Positions 37,751 to 47,346 of a stretch of DNA of 64,000 nt are shown piece after piece. Under the pieces are notes generated by a model. That model was not told where the DNA came from, ran no database searches, and saw only the letters and a list, made by a program, of their open reading frames with translations. Origin of the DNA: Acidobacteriota bacterium (lineage in GTDB: Bacteria; Acidobacteriota; UBA6911; RPQK01; JAJDTT01); the NCBI GenBank assembly GCA_965263035.1, contig OZ253580.1:2912001-2976000 (forward strand), given 5' to 3'. Position 1 is the first letter of the stretch, and the number at the start of each line of letters is the position of its first letter. Made by a program: the position numbers and the translations under genes.

Positions 37751-38620
37751 TCAGAAGTTCTTGCAGGTCATGCCGGTGACGTAGCAGGTATGGCAGGAGG
37801 AATGGTAAAGGGAGCAGTCCCGGAGGCCTCCCTCCAGGTCATCCGCCAATCGGGCTTCCGGCTCGCCCACCAGGATGGGGCAGGCATAGACTCCGTCGTG
37901 CGCCACGATTCGCGAAGACGAACATTGAAGGGCGTCCGGGTCCAGCTCGCGGAGCATCTCTGGCGTCACGGGGCGCTGGCCGGAGGGAGTGGGCAGCATT
38001 CCCATTTCGAAGATGGGGATGACCTTGATCCGGGGCCGGTCGATACCAAAGGACCGGAGCAGTTTCACGTAGCGGCCGTGAAGGTCGCGCTCTCCCCCCC
38101 GCGGGTCCAGGTAGTCCCGCATCTCGGTGACCGTGAGGATGGGCAGGAATCCGCGGTCATAGAGCAGCTTGTACGCCTTCAGGGCCTTGCGGAACGTTCC
38201 GTTGCCGCGAATGGCGTCGTTTCGCGCCTCTTCGTAGTCGTCGATGCTGATGCGGATCTCGAGGGAGAAGCGGGAGCCGTCCGCGATTCGCCGCAGCCGT
38301 TCCGCTTTCGCCTGATCGATGAGGACGCCGTTGGTCAGCACGGACACCGGGAAATCCCGGAGGGCGCATTCGAGTATGGACAGGAAGGACCGGTGAATGA
38401 AGGGCTCGCCGCCGGTGAAGTAGATCTCCTTGACCCCCATTCTCCGGGCATCGTCCAAATAGCGGAAGATGCGGGGGGCTTCCATCAGCTCCAGGGCGTG
38501 GTTGTCCGGGGCGCAACTGATGAAGCAGTGATTGCAGCGAAGGTTGCAGAGGGTCCCGGCGATCTGGAACCAGAGCGTGTCCAGATGCTGGAGGGGGAGC
38601 GAGGGAGGCACCAAGGCCAT
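37751..38620 (-). CDS. radical SAM protein with Cys-rich C-terminus
   Basis: CNLRCNHC, FTGGEPF, LTNG; C-terminal CSSSR...ACPIL...HSSCHTC...TC. Confidence 0.9.
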   Translation of the reverse strand: MALVPPSLPLQHLDTLWFQIAGTLCNLRCNHCFISCAPDNHALELMEAPRIFRYLDDARRMGVKEIYFTGGEPFIHRSFLSILECALRDFPVSVLTNGVLIDQAKAERLRRIADGSRFSLEIRISIDDYEEARNDAIRGNGTFRKALKAYKLLYDRGFLPILTVTEMRDYLDPRGGERDLHGRYVKLLRSFGIDRPRIKVIPIFEMGMLPTPSGQRPVTPEMLRELDPDALQCSSSRIVAHDGVYACPILVGEPEARLADDLEGGLRDCSLYHSSCHTCYVTGMTCKNF

Positions 38621-38628
38621 ACTGTCAT

Positions 38629-41304
38629 TTAAGCCGGCTTGCGGGCCGGGATCAACTGCTCCACGGATTGGAAGATGCGTTGGGTCGCCTCCTGATAGTC
38701 CTCCGGCTCCGGCAGAAAGGGCTTGCCGAACGTGATCTCCACCGGGTGGAGACGGATTCGGTTGGAGCCGCGGCGCCAGGCTTCGTAGGTCCCCTTGATT
38801 CCCACCGGGACTACGGGAACCCTCAGTTCCGTGGAGAGGATGGCGGGTCCCTTGCGGAACGGCTTCAGGCGGCCGTCGATGGAGCGGGTGCCCTCTGGGA
38901 AGACGCACAGGACTTTTCCCTTCTTGAGCCCCTCGGCGCCCAGGCGCAGGGCTTGACGGAGATAGCGGTCCGCGTCCACCGGCACCACTTTGAGGAAACG
39001 GCCCACCAACGACGTGAATCGGCCTATGAAGTAGTCGCTGTAGCCCAGAAAGAAGATCCGCCGGGTCAGACGGTAGGGCAGCACGGCCGCCACCAGGAAG
39101 GCGTCCAGATAGCTGAGGTGGTTGGGACAGAGCATGAACGGATACTCTCGCGGCAGGTTCTCGGCGCCGCGGGTCTTGATGCGGAAGAGGATCCGGGCCA
39201 GGGTGTGGACGGTCTTGGCCGTGGCGTAGAAGGCCAGGTCCGACAGACGCCCGTGGCCCAGGGTCTTGCGCATGAGGACCGCATCCTGTCCTTCCAGGGG
39301 GTTCGCCAGGATCTCTCCCCAGGAAAGCCAGGAACTCCCGTCGGCTTCGGAGTCGGGCGATTCGGCTCCGTCCAGGGCCCGGACCAAATCGTCGACGGTG
39401 AGAATCTCGGCCGCCGCCTCGTCGGAGATTCGGACCCCGAAAGTGTCCTGCAGGCTCGACAGGAACTCGACTCTTTCCAGCGAATCGAAACCGAGGTCCA
39501 ATTCCAGGTTCATCTCCCTGTGGATGAGGGGCGCCTTGCGGGTCCGGCGAAGCAGCTCGAAGATTCGTTCCTCGGTGGGAGTCTCGGGCGCGCTGGCAGC
39601 TTCGAAGCGGGCCGGGGACTCGCTTGCGGCGCTGGCCTCGACCTCCCGTTGGAGGACGAAGCGTTTGATCTTCCGGGTCGTGGTCCGGGGGAGAGGCTCG
39701 GTCCGAATGGCGAAGCTGTGGACTCGCTTGTAGGGGGGCAACTGCTGGGAGATCCCTTCCAGCAGGTAGTGGATCATCTCCTGCGAATTGACCACCTGAT
39801 TGCTGCGCAGCACGTCGAAGTCGGGGACGATCACGGCGTGGAGCCGTTCCTGAATCTCGCCTTCGGGCGTCTGGACGCCCAGCACGCACATTTCCTTGAT
39901 GTAGGGACAGTGGCTCTGGTAGTGGTGCTCCACCTCTTCGGGGAAGACGTTCTTTCCCGAGGGCAGGACGATCATCTCCTTGTCACGCCCGGTGATGTAG
40001 AGGCTCCCGGATGCGGACACGTAGCCCAGATCGCCGCTGTCGAGCCAGCCGTCCCGAAAGGTCTTCTCCGTCTCTTCGGGATTCCTCCAGTACCCGTGCA
40101 TGATGTTCTCGCCCCGGATCAGGACGCGTCCGATCCCGTCCGGATCGGGGTCCTGAATTCGGATCTGGACGTGCGGAAGAGGCATTCCGACCGAACCCAA
40201 CTCCCGGGTGGAGGGTGGGTTCAGCGTGGCCAGGGCCGCCGTCTCGGTCATCCCGTAGGCCTGGATGATGGTGAAGCCCAGATCTCGCAACGACAGGGCC
40301 ACCTTCTCGTCGAAGCGGGCGCCGCCGACGCCGAAGTAACGGAATTGGAGTCCGAACTTGCTGTGCAGAGGCCGGAACAGGGTGCGTCCCGGGTTGAAAC
40401 CGAGTTTTCGGTTGCAGAATCGGGAAAAGGCCAGGAGGCAGCGAAAAAGGATTCTGCGCACCAGCGGCTGTTTTCCGATCTCCTGGAGGATGCGCCGGTG
40501 AAGCAGGTAGTAGAACTGGGGCACGCAGACGAAGATGGTGATCAGCTCCTCTCGAAACGCCCGCAGCACCCGCTGGGCTTCCAGGGTGTCCAGATAGGTC
40601 ACCCTCGCTCCCGCGTAGAGAGGGATGATGAAATTGGCGACCAGAGCCAGCACGTGATAGAGCGGGAGGACCGAAAGGATGTGGTCTTGGGAGGAGACCT
40701 GAATCATCTTCAGGAGCTCGCCCATGTTCCGGTACACGTTTCGGCGGCTCAGGACCACACCCTTGGGATTGCCGGTGGTGCCGCTCGTGTACAGGATGAG
40801 GAAAGGTTCGTCGGCCCCTCTTTCGACCAGAGGCATGGAAGCGGTTCCGTCGAATTCTTCCAGCACCCGGTCCCATTGGTTCTCCGCCTCGGGAATCTCG
40901 CCCACTGCCAGGATCGGAAGGGTATAGCCCAGGTGTTCCCAGATCGGCGCCAGCCGCGGATGGAAACGTTCCGAGCAGATCACGAACTGGCACCCGGCAT
41001 GCTCGAGGAGATAGGCCAGAGTTTCATCCGTGTGAAGGACGTCGAAGGGCGCCATCACGGCGCCGGTGCTCTGGGCCGCCAGGAAAGCGATTCCCCACCG
41101 CGGATGGTTCTCCATGAGGATGGCCACCTTGTCCCCCTCCCGGACGCCGTGGTGCTGCAGGAAAAGGGCGATGGAGGAGACTTCCCGTCCGACCCGGCGG
41201 TAGGTGAAGACTTCCCGCCCCTCATCGTTGATGCCCTGCAGGGCGACTTGGTCCGGGATGGCGTCCAGGTGACGGTCCAACTGGCTGAAGAAATGGAGAT
41301 TCAT
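38629..41304 (-). CDS. acyl-CoA/acyl-ACP synthetase fused to ACP and PlsC-type acyltransferase
   Basis: YTSGTTGNPKG, YGMTE, DSGDLG, GRDKE; ACP motif LGFDSL; acyltransferase motifs NHLSYLD and FPEGTRS. Confidence 0.92.
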   Translation of the reverse strand: MNLHFFSQLDRHLDAIPDQVALQGINDEGREVFTYRRVGREVSSIALFLQHHGVREGDKVAILMENHPRWGIAFLAAQSTGAVMAPFDVLHTDETLAYLLEHAGCQFVICSERFHPRLAPIWEHLGYTLPILAVGEIPEAENQWDRVLEEFDGTASMPLVERGADEPFLILYTSGTTGNPKGVVLSRRNVYRNMGELLKMIQVSSQDHILSVLPLYHVLALVANFIIPLYAGARVTYLDTLEAQRVLRAFREELITIFVCVPQFYYLLHRRILQEIGKQPLVRRILFRCLLAFSRFCNRKLGFNPGRTLFRPLHSKFGLQFRYFGVGGARFDEKVALSLRDLGFTIIQAYGMTETAALATLNPPSTRELGSVGMPLPHVQIRIQDPDPDGIGRVLIRGENIMHGYWRNPEETEKTFRDGWLDSGDLGYVSASGSLYITGRDKEMIVLPSGKNVFPEEVEHHYQSHCPYIKEMCVLGVQTPEGEIQERLHAVIVPDFDVLRSNQVVNSQEMIHYLLEGISQQLPPYKRVHSFAIRTEPLPRTTTRKIKRFVLQREVEASAASESPARFEAASAPETPTEERIFELLRRTRKAPLIHREMNLELDLGFDSLERVEFLSSLQDTFGVRISDEAAAEILTVDDLVRALDGAESPDSEADGSSWLSWGEILANPLEGQDAVLMRKTLGHGRLSDLAFYATAKTVHTLARILFRIKTRGAENLPREYPFMLCPNHLSYLDAFLVAAVLPYRLTRRIFFLGYSDYFIGRFTSLVGRFLKVVPVDADRYLRQALRLGAEGLKKGKVLCVFPEGTRSIDGRLKPFRKGPAILSTELRVPVVPVGIKGTYEAWRRGSNRIRLHPVEITFGKPFLPEPEDYQEATQRIFQSVEQLIPARKPA

Positions 41305-41624
41305 GCGTTTGCGTACAGAGTTGATCGTAGCATGGACCGGTTTGAAGGGGCGACTTTTAGTCGCTCCTTCTTCCACGCGCCCATGCAACATGGGAGTTTC
41401 GGCGGCTGGAAAGTTGCCGCCCCTGCGGAATTAATGTCAGGGGTGACCAGTTACAATCCGTCCTTGAGAAGGGCGTCCCTTGTCCCATCCGAGATTCATC
41501 AGCCTCTCTCCAATCAACTCGGCAGCGCCCTTCTCAGCCCCTGCCGTCCTCAAACGAGTCACTTCGATAGGGAGAGGCTGTTCGTCACCCGCCTGCGGCA
41601 TCGCGCCGGACGAGAACGCCCCGA

Positions 41625-42008
41625 TCATCCGAGCCTGCCGCGATGGAGCACCACGGTGAAGTCGAAGCGGTCCAGAACTCCGTGGACCTTTTCCAGCGTC
41701 CGGACCGGGTCCGATGGAGCCGGCGTCCGATCCACGGCTCTTCGCACCAGCTCGGAGTTGGTGGTCAACCGTCGCTGAGCCAAGTCGACCTCCAGCCAGT
41801 GAGTCGCCCTGCGCCGGGGAGGGTCGACACCGATCTGCAGCGTATATCCCAGCAACTTCAAGATGGCCGCCGCCGGGTCGGAAGCTTCCAGAACGTCGTC
41901 CAGGTAGCGAAGCAGATCCACGGCCAGCCAGCCGTTCCGGGGAAAAATCAGGGTGTACCAGGTCCCGTCCAGCCTGAAGCTGAGGGAGCCGGTGTCTGCT
42001 GGGTCCAC
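41625..42008 (-). CDS. hypothetical protein
   Basis: 127-aa ORF with plausible composition upstream of the synthetase. Confidence 0.55.
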   Translation of the reverse strand: MDPADTGSLSFRLDGTWYTLIFPRNGWLAVDLLRYLDDVLEASDPAAAILKLLGYTLQIGVDPPRRRATHWLEVDLAQRRLTTNSELVRRAVDRTPAPSDPVRTLEKVHGVLDRFDFTVVLHRGRLG

Positions 42009-42094
42009 ACCGCCAGTGTAGTGACCCGTCCTCCTTCCGGGAAGCCCGTGAGACTTTCTCTCGCTCCTCGTTCCTTTTTCGTTTATTTCTCGTC

Positions 42095-42122
42095 TTGAAT
42101 CTACTCCGGCAGTTGGTACAAT
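42095..42122 (+). promoter_or_regulatory. sigma70-type promoter for the oxidase operon
   Basis: TTGAAT-N16-TACAAT with TG extended -10. Confidence 0.55.
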
Positions 42123-42148
42123 GGCGTCGATTTTTGGAGGCGTGACTC

Positions 42149-42934
42149 ATGATATTGGCGGTGACGATCTGGATCATCACGGTGGTTTCCACGGTGCTGA
42201 TGGTAGGCAAGTACTGGTGGTTTCCCGAAGTGGCGTCGGCGCATGGCGCCGACTTGGACCGGCAGTTCATGGTGACCCTGGTGGTGACCGGGGTCATCTT
42301 CATCCTGGCGCAGGTGGGCCTCGGCTACCTCATAGCGCGCTACCGGGACGGCGCCGGAAAGGTGGCCCACTATACCCACGGGAGCGAGAAGCTCGAGGTG
42401 ATCTGGACCCTGGCCACAACCGTGATCTTCTTCGCCATGGTGATCCCGGGCCAGAGCATATGGGCCAGCCTCTACCTGGCCGAAACCCCTGAGGACGCCG
42501 TCCGCATTGAGGTGACCGGACAGCAGTTCGCCTGGAACATGAGATATCCCGGCCCCGACGGCGAGTTCGGGAAGTTGGCCACGGAACTCATCAATGACGA
42601 AGGGGGCAATCCATTGGGATTGGACCGTTCCGATGCCGCCGCCCAGGATGACCTGGTCGTTCCCGTCATGGCGGTGCCCTTGGGCAAGCCGGTGGAGCTG
42701 CTCCTGCGCTCCAAGGACGTGACCCACGCCTTCTCGGTACGGGAGCTTCGGGTCAAACAGGATCTGGTCCCGGGACTACTCATCCCCGTTCAGTTCACGG
42801 CCACCAGAACCGGCCGATTCGAGATCGCCTGCGCCGAGCTGTGCGGGCTGCAGCATTACAACATGCGGAGTTTTCTGGAAGTGCTTTCGGAGGCGGACTT
42901 CGCCCAGTGGCTGAAGGACCAGGCTGAAGAATAG
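42149..42934 (+). CDS. coxB: cytochrome c oxidase subunit II
   Basis: LEVIWT, GQQFAW, DVTHAF, CuA motif CAELCGLQHYNM. Confidence 0.95.
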   Translation: MILAVTIWIITVVSTVLMVGKYWWFPEVASAHGADLDRQFMVTLVVTGVIFILAQVGLGYLIARYRDGAGKVAHYTHGSEKLEVIWTLATTVIFFAMVIPGQSIWASLYLAETPEDAVRIEVTGQQFAWNMRYPGPDGEFGKLATELINDEGGNPLGLDRSDAAAQDDLVVPVMAVPLGKPVELLLRSKDVTHAFSVRELRVKQDLVPGLLIPVQFTATRTGRFEIACAELCGLQHYNMRSFLEVLSEADFAQWLKDQAEE

Positions 42935-42964
42935 GGTGCCGGAGACGCAGGGAGTTTGACCGCT

Positions 42965-44743
42965 ATGGCAGAAGAGGTTCAGACGCACGCCGCTCACCAC
43001 GAAGCGCCGTCAGGCTGGGTTCGAAAGTACATCTTCAGCACCGACCACAAGGTAATCGGGATCCAGTACTACCTGCTGGCTCTGTTCTCAGTTCTGGTGG
43101 GGATGGGTCTGTCGGTGCTGATTCGCTTGAATCTGGCATGGCCGGGCACCGAGGTATCCATTCTGGGCGCCCTCTTTCCGGAGGGGGCTCCGGGCGGAAT
43201 CATGACCCCCGAGTTCTACTTGGCCATGCTCACCATGCATGGGACCATCATGGTCTTCTTCGTGCTCACGACGGCTCCTCAGGGCGGCTTCGGGAATTAT
43301 TTCCTGCCCATCCAGATCGGCGCCGACGACATGGCCTTCCCCATCCTCAACATGCTCTCGTTCTGGGTGACTTTCCTGGCGCTGGGCGTTCTCATGGCTG
43401 CGTTCTTCGTGGAAGGGGGTGCGCCCATCTCGGGATGGACGGCCTATCCTCCTCTGAGTGCGCTGGGGGAGATCGCCGGACCGGGGTTGGGCACTGGACA
43501 GAGCCTATGGGTGGTGAGCATTGCCTTGTTCTGCGTGGCCTCACTCCTGGGTGCCCTGAACTTCATCACCACCACCATCGACATGCGCGCCAAGGGTCTC
43601 ACCATGATGCGCCTGCCGCTGACGGTCTGGGGCTGGTTCGTCACCGCCATCCTGGGCCTGCTGGCGTTCGGAGTCCTGCTGGCAGCAGGAGTCCTCCTGC
43701 TCTTGGACCGGTGGGCCGGAACCAGCTTCTTCATTCCCGGTGGGCTGGTGGTGAGTGACCAGGTCATCGACCACACGGGGGGATCGCCGCTGCTCTGGCA
43801 GCATCTTTTCTGGTTCTTCGGTCATCCCGAGGTCTACATTGCCATCCTTCCAGGGATGGGGGTCGTCTCCCACATCCTGGCCACCTTCGCCCGCAAACCG
43901 GTGTTCGGTTACAAGGCCATGGCCTTCGCCATCATCGGCATCGGCGCGGTGAGCTTCATCGTCTGGGGCCACCACATGTTCCTGAGCGGGATGAGCCCCT
44001 ACACCGCCATCGTCTTCTCGCTGACCACCACGGCGGTGGCCGTGCCGTCGGCCATCAAGACGTTCAACTGGCTGGGAACCCTCTGGGGCGGCCGGATCCA
44101 ATTGACCACCGCCATGCTCTACGCCCTGGGTTTCGTCTCCCTGTTCGTGACCGGCGGCCTGACGGGCCTGTTCCTGAACCAGCCCGCGGTGGACGTCTAC
44201 CTCCACGACACATACTTCGTGGTGGGACACTTCCACATGATCATGGGAGTGGCGGCCATCTTCGGCATCTTCGCCGCCACCTACTACTGGTTTTCCAAGA
44301 TGTTCGGGCGCCATCTGAGCGAGTTCTGGGGCAAGGTGCATTTCTGGTTCACCTTCGTCGGGGTCTACTGCATCTTCATGCCCATGCACAATCTGGGGAT
44401 CGCCGGGCAGCCGCGGAGATACGCCGAATTGACCTCCTTCGATTTTCTGCAGCCCCTGGTTTCGCTACAGCAGTTCATCACGGTGGCCGCCTTCATCACG
44501 GTGACCGCCCAGCTCATCTTCGTGGCCAACTTCGCCTATAGCCTCTTCAAGGGCCGGGTGGCGGAACGGAACCCCTGGCGGGCAACCACCATCGAGTGGG
44601 AGGTCCCCTCTCCTCCGCCCCATGACAACTTCGGCGGCAAGTTTCCGGTGGTGCATCGCGGGCCGTACGAGTACAGCGTCCCGGGCGCCAAGGAAGACTT
44701 CATCCCTCAAACTGCTCCCGACGCGCGCGGGTCCACCGGCTGA
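42965..44743 (+). CDS. coxA: cytochrome c oxidase subunit I (type A1)
   Basis: STDHKVIG, MHGTIM, WFFGHPEVY, VWGHHMF, HDTYFVVGHFH. Confidence 0.97.
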   Translation: MAEEVQTHAAHHEAPSGWVRKYIFSTDHKVIGIQYYLLALFSVLVGMGLSVLIRLNLAWPGTEVSILGALFPEGAPGGIMTPEFYLAMLTMHGTIMVFFVLTTAPQGGFGNYFLPIQIGADDMAFPILNMLSFWVTFLALGVLMAAFFVEGGAPISGWTAYPPLSALGEIAGPGLGTGQSLWVVSIALFCVASLLGALNFITTTIDMRAKGLTMMRLPLTVWGWFVTAILGLLAFGVLLAAGVLLLLDRWAGTSFFIPGGLVVSDQVIDHTGGSPLLWQHLFWFFGHPEVYIAILPGMGVVSHILATFARKPVFGYKAMAFAIIGIGAVSFIVWGHHMFLSGMSPYTAIVFSLTTTAVAVPSAIKTFNWLGTLWGGRIQLTTAMLYALGFVSLFVTGGLTGLFLNQPAVDVYLHDTYFVVGHFHMIMGVAAIFGIFAATYYWFSKMFGRHLSEFWGKVHFWFTFVGVYCIFMPMHNLGIAGQPRRYAELTSFDFLQPLVSLQQFITVAAFITVTAQLIFVANFAYSLFKGRVAERNPWRATTIEWEVPSPPPHDNFGGKFPVVHRGPYEYSVPGAKEDFIPQTAPDARGSTG

Positions 44744-44746
44744 AGC

Positions 44747-45415
44747 ATGGCAATCGTCACACCACCTTCCCCTCCCAAGACCGCCGTCCGTGAATTGGAC
44801 CCCCGCAGTCCCGTTCTGTCCGGCGCTCCGGCCCTGCCCACCGGGCGCGGAGGCTGGGGCGATTCCCGGGGAGGGCGTCCGGGAGTTCCCGAGCATCGCT
44901 ACTACACCGGAATGCTGGTGCTCATGGCGGCGGTGACCATGCTGTTCGCCGCCTTCACCAGCGCCTACATCGTGCGCAAGGGAATCTCGGACGATTGGCT
45001 CGCGACGGCGTTCCCCCCCCTGGTCTGGGTGAACACGTTGGTTCTGCTGGCCAGCAGCCTCACTATGGAGAGGGCCCGGAGGCTCTACGGCGAAACGGCC
45101 GCCCTGGCCAAATGGTGGCTGGCAACCACGAGCCTCGGTGTCATCTTTTTACTGGGGCAGCTCGTGGTCTGGCAGCAACTGGCCGGTGCGGGAATCTATC
45201 TGCGCACCAATCCCAGCAGCGCCTTCTTCTACATCCTGACCGGCGCCCACGGCGTCCATCTCCTGGGCGGTGTGGCGGCGTTGGTCTATTTGTCCCGGAG
45301 GCTGCTGCAGGATCGTCCCCCGACCCGTACGGTTCTCAACGTTACGGCCATCTACTGGCATTTCATGGATGGACTCTGGGTCTATCTTCTGTTGTTCCTT
45401 TTCCTCTGGAGGTAA
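44747..45415 (+). CDS. cytochrome c oxidase subunit III (first paralog)
   Basis: FYILTGAHGVHL, YWHFMDGLW. Confidence 0.9.
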   Translation: MAIVTPPSPPKTAVRELDPRSPVLSGAPALPTGRGGWGDSRGGRPGVPEHRYYTGMLVLMAAVTMLFAAFTSAYIVRKGISDDWLATAFPPLVWVNTLVLLASSLTMERARRLYGETAALAKWWLATTSLGVIFLLGQLVVWQQLAGAGIYLRTNPSSAFFYILTGAHGVHLLGGVAALVYLSRRLLQDRPPTRTVLNVTAIYWHFMDGLWVYLLLFLFLWR

Positions 45416-45418
45416 TGG

Positions 45419-46042
45419 ATGGCTCAGCAGGCACACGACGCGAGCATTTCCGATTGGGCGGGTGGGCGTTCCCCGTTCGCCGTCGGTTCCAAGAAGCTGG
45501 GGATGTGGCTTTTCATCCTCTCCGACACCTTGACCTTCACGGCTCTGCTGCTGGCCTACACCTACGTCCGAGTCGCCAACGAGGGCTGGCCCCGCCCCTT
45601 CGAGCCGGCCAGCATCGCGCTGGCTTCGGTCATGACCTTCTGCCTGCTCTCCAGTTCGCTGACCATGGTCCTGGCCGTCGCCGCCGCGCACCGCGGCGAT
45701 CGATCGACCGCGGCGAAGTGGATCTGGGCCACCATGGCGGGAGGACTGGCCTTCATCGTGCTCCACGCCAACGAATGGATGCAGTTGATCCAACATGGAG
45801 TCACTCCGTTCGGCAATCCCTGGGGGGTTCCGCTGTTCGGGGCCACCTTCTTCACCCTGACCGGGCTCCACATGACACATGTGACCGCCGGCGTCATCTA
45901 TCTGGGGATCGTGGCCTGGGGTTTCAAGGGCGGCCGGTTCAACTCCGAGGACGTGGAGGTGAGCGGCCTCTACTGGCACTTCGTGGACTTGGTGTGGATG
46001 TTCATCTTCCCCTTGGTCTACCTGTTGTCCAACGTAATCTGA
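45419..46042 (+). CDS. cytochrome c oxidase subunit III (second paralog)
   Basis: KLGMWLFILSD, FFTLTGLHMTHV, YWHFVDLVW. Confidence 0.92.
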   Translation: MAQQAHDASISDWAGGRSPFAVGSKKLGMWLFILSDTLTFTALLLAYTYVRVANEGWPRPFEPASIALASVMTFCLLSSSLTMVLAVAAAHRGDRSTAAKWIWATMAGGLAFIVLHANEWMQLIQHGVTPFGNPWGVPLFGATFFTLTGLHMTHVTAGVIYLGIVAWGFKGGRFNSEDVEVSGLYWHFVDLVWMFIFPLVYLLSNVI

Positions 46043-46063
46043 GATCCGGAGAAAGGCGAGTCC

Positions 46064-46360
46064 ATGAGTGACGAACATTCCCACAATCGGCTCTATCTGA
46101 CGGTTTGGGTGGTGCTCCTGGTGGTGACCGTCGTGGAGGTGGTGCTGGCTTACATCAACCTCTCGATCATGCTCATGTTGTCCACGCTGGTGATCCTCTC
46201 CTTCTTCAAGGCGGGTCTTATCGTGGCCTATTTCATGCACCTGCGTTTCGAGAAGTTCAGCCTCTTCATCTCCCTGATTCCCATGTTGCTGATCTGCGTC
46301 ATTCTGATGCTGGCGTTTCCGCTTCCGGACGGGGTCCGGGCGCTGGAGTTGAAGCCGTAA
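46064..46360 (+). CDS. cytochrome c oxidase subunit IV
   Basis: KAGLIVAYFMHLRFE, three TM helices. Confidence 0.9.
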   Translation: MSDEHSHNRLYLTVWVVLLVVTVVEVVLAYINLSIMLMLSTLVILSFFKAGLIVAYFMHLRFEKFSLFISLIPMLLICVILMLAFPLPDGVRALELKP

Positions 46361-46602
46361 TGGACGGACGCCGGGCGGGAAAGTTCCGGTTCTTGCGCCG
46401 GGCGGCGGCGAGTTTGGCAGGGCTCCAACTGGTTGCCGGGCCGGAGTCCGGACTGATGGCCCAAGGCTGCGCCATGTGCAAGAGTTCCGCTCAGGTGCTG
46501 GGCCAGTTCTCGACTTTGAATGCCGGGATACTGGTTCTCGGCGTGCCGCCTGTGATGATCTTGACACTGTTCCTTTATCTGGCCTTTCGCCAACGGCCCT
46601 GA
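46360..46602 (+). CDS. small membrane protein with CAMC motif
   Basis: TAATG overlap; AQGCAMC followed by a TM helix. Confidence 0.6.
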   Translation: MDGRRAGKFRFLRRAAASLAGLQLVAGPESGLMAQGCAMCKSSAQVLGQFSTLNAGILVLGVPPVMILTLFLYLAFRQRP

Positions 46603-46768
46603 AGTTGCCACAGCCTGCCGCCGGGGACATCGGCCCACGGCGGAAACCATGCTGCTGCGCCCTTGACAAGCTCCGGCGGAGGATGTTTTAACAGTTCGGG
46701 AACTGTCGAGGACATCGAGCCGGAGTGGGGTCGAGTCGTTGTTCTGAAACCTGCGAGTTGTATCGAGA

Positions 46769-47296
46769 ATGCCTGCAAGAAAAGTTACTCGGGCGGACGG
46801 AGATGCCAAGGGCGAAAGGCGCCTGATTCGGCGCCGGAAGTTCGCCTTTGCCAGCATCTTCGCCTTTCTGACGGCCAATTTCTTCATGACCTTGCGCTTC
46901 TTCTTCCCGCGCACCCTGTTCGAACCCAAGACCACGTTCAAGGTGGGCTATCCGAGCGATTTCGCCTTCGGGGTGGACACGCGGTTTCAGCAGAAGTACC
47001 GCATTTGGGTGGTGCGGAACGCGGAAGGCGTCTTCGTCATTTCCGCCATTTGCACCCATCTGGGCTGTACTCCGGACTGGGTCGAGAGCGAGCAGAAGTT
47101 CAAGTGCCCCTGTCATGGCAGCGGCTACGACAGTGAAGGCAGAAACTTCGAAGGTCCGGCCCCCCGCCCCATGGACCGAGCCCACGTGGAGCTGGGCGCG
47201 GATGGGCAGATCTTGGTGGACGTGAGCCGGGTCTACAGGTGTCCGCCGGGGGCGCCGTGCGAGTTCCGGGAAGAGGGGTCGTATCTGCCTGTCTGA
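46769..47296 (+). CDS. Rieske iron-sulfur subunit of a bc-type complex
   Basis: Tat-like RRRKF + TM; CTHLGC, CPCHGSGY, GPAPRP. Confidence 0.93.
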   Translation: MPARKVTRADGDAKGERRLIRRRKFAFASIFAFLTANFFMTLRFFFPRTLFEPKTTFKVGYPSDFAFGVDTRFQQKYRIWVVRNAEGVFVISAICTHLGCTPDWVESEQKFKCPCHGSGYDSEGRNFEGPAPRPMDRAHVELGADGQILVDVSRVYRCPPGAPCEFREEGSYLPV

Positions 47297-47346
47297 TCCC
47301 GGTGTCGAAGTCAGTCGAACCGTTGGAGATCTGAGCGAGGAAGACC

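Noticed and set aside
37751-38620. Radical SAM as the missing QueE
   Set aside because: Lacks the QueE FIRxxGCNLxCxWCDT signature and is transcribed convergently in another operon.
38668-41778. 1036-aa plus-strand ORF (likewise 49130-51892, 24510-26003, 9068-10171)
   Set aside because: Antisense shadows of real genes, expected in high-GC DNA; no motifs.
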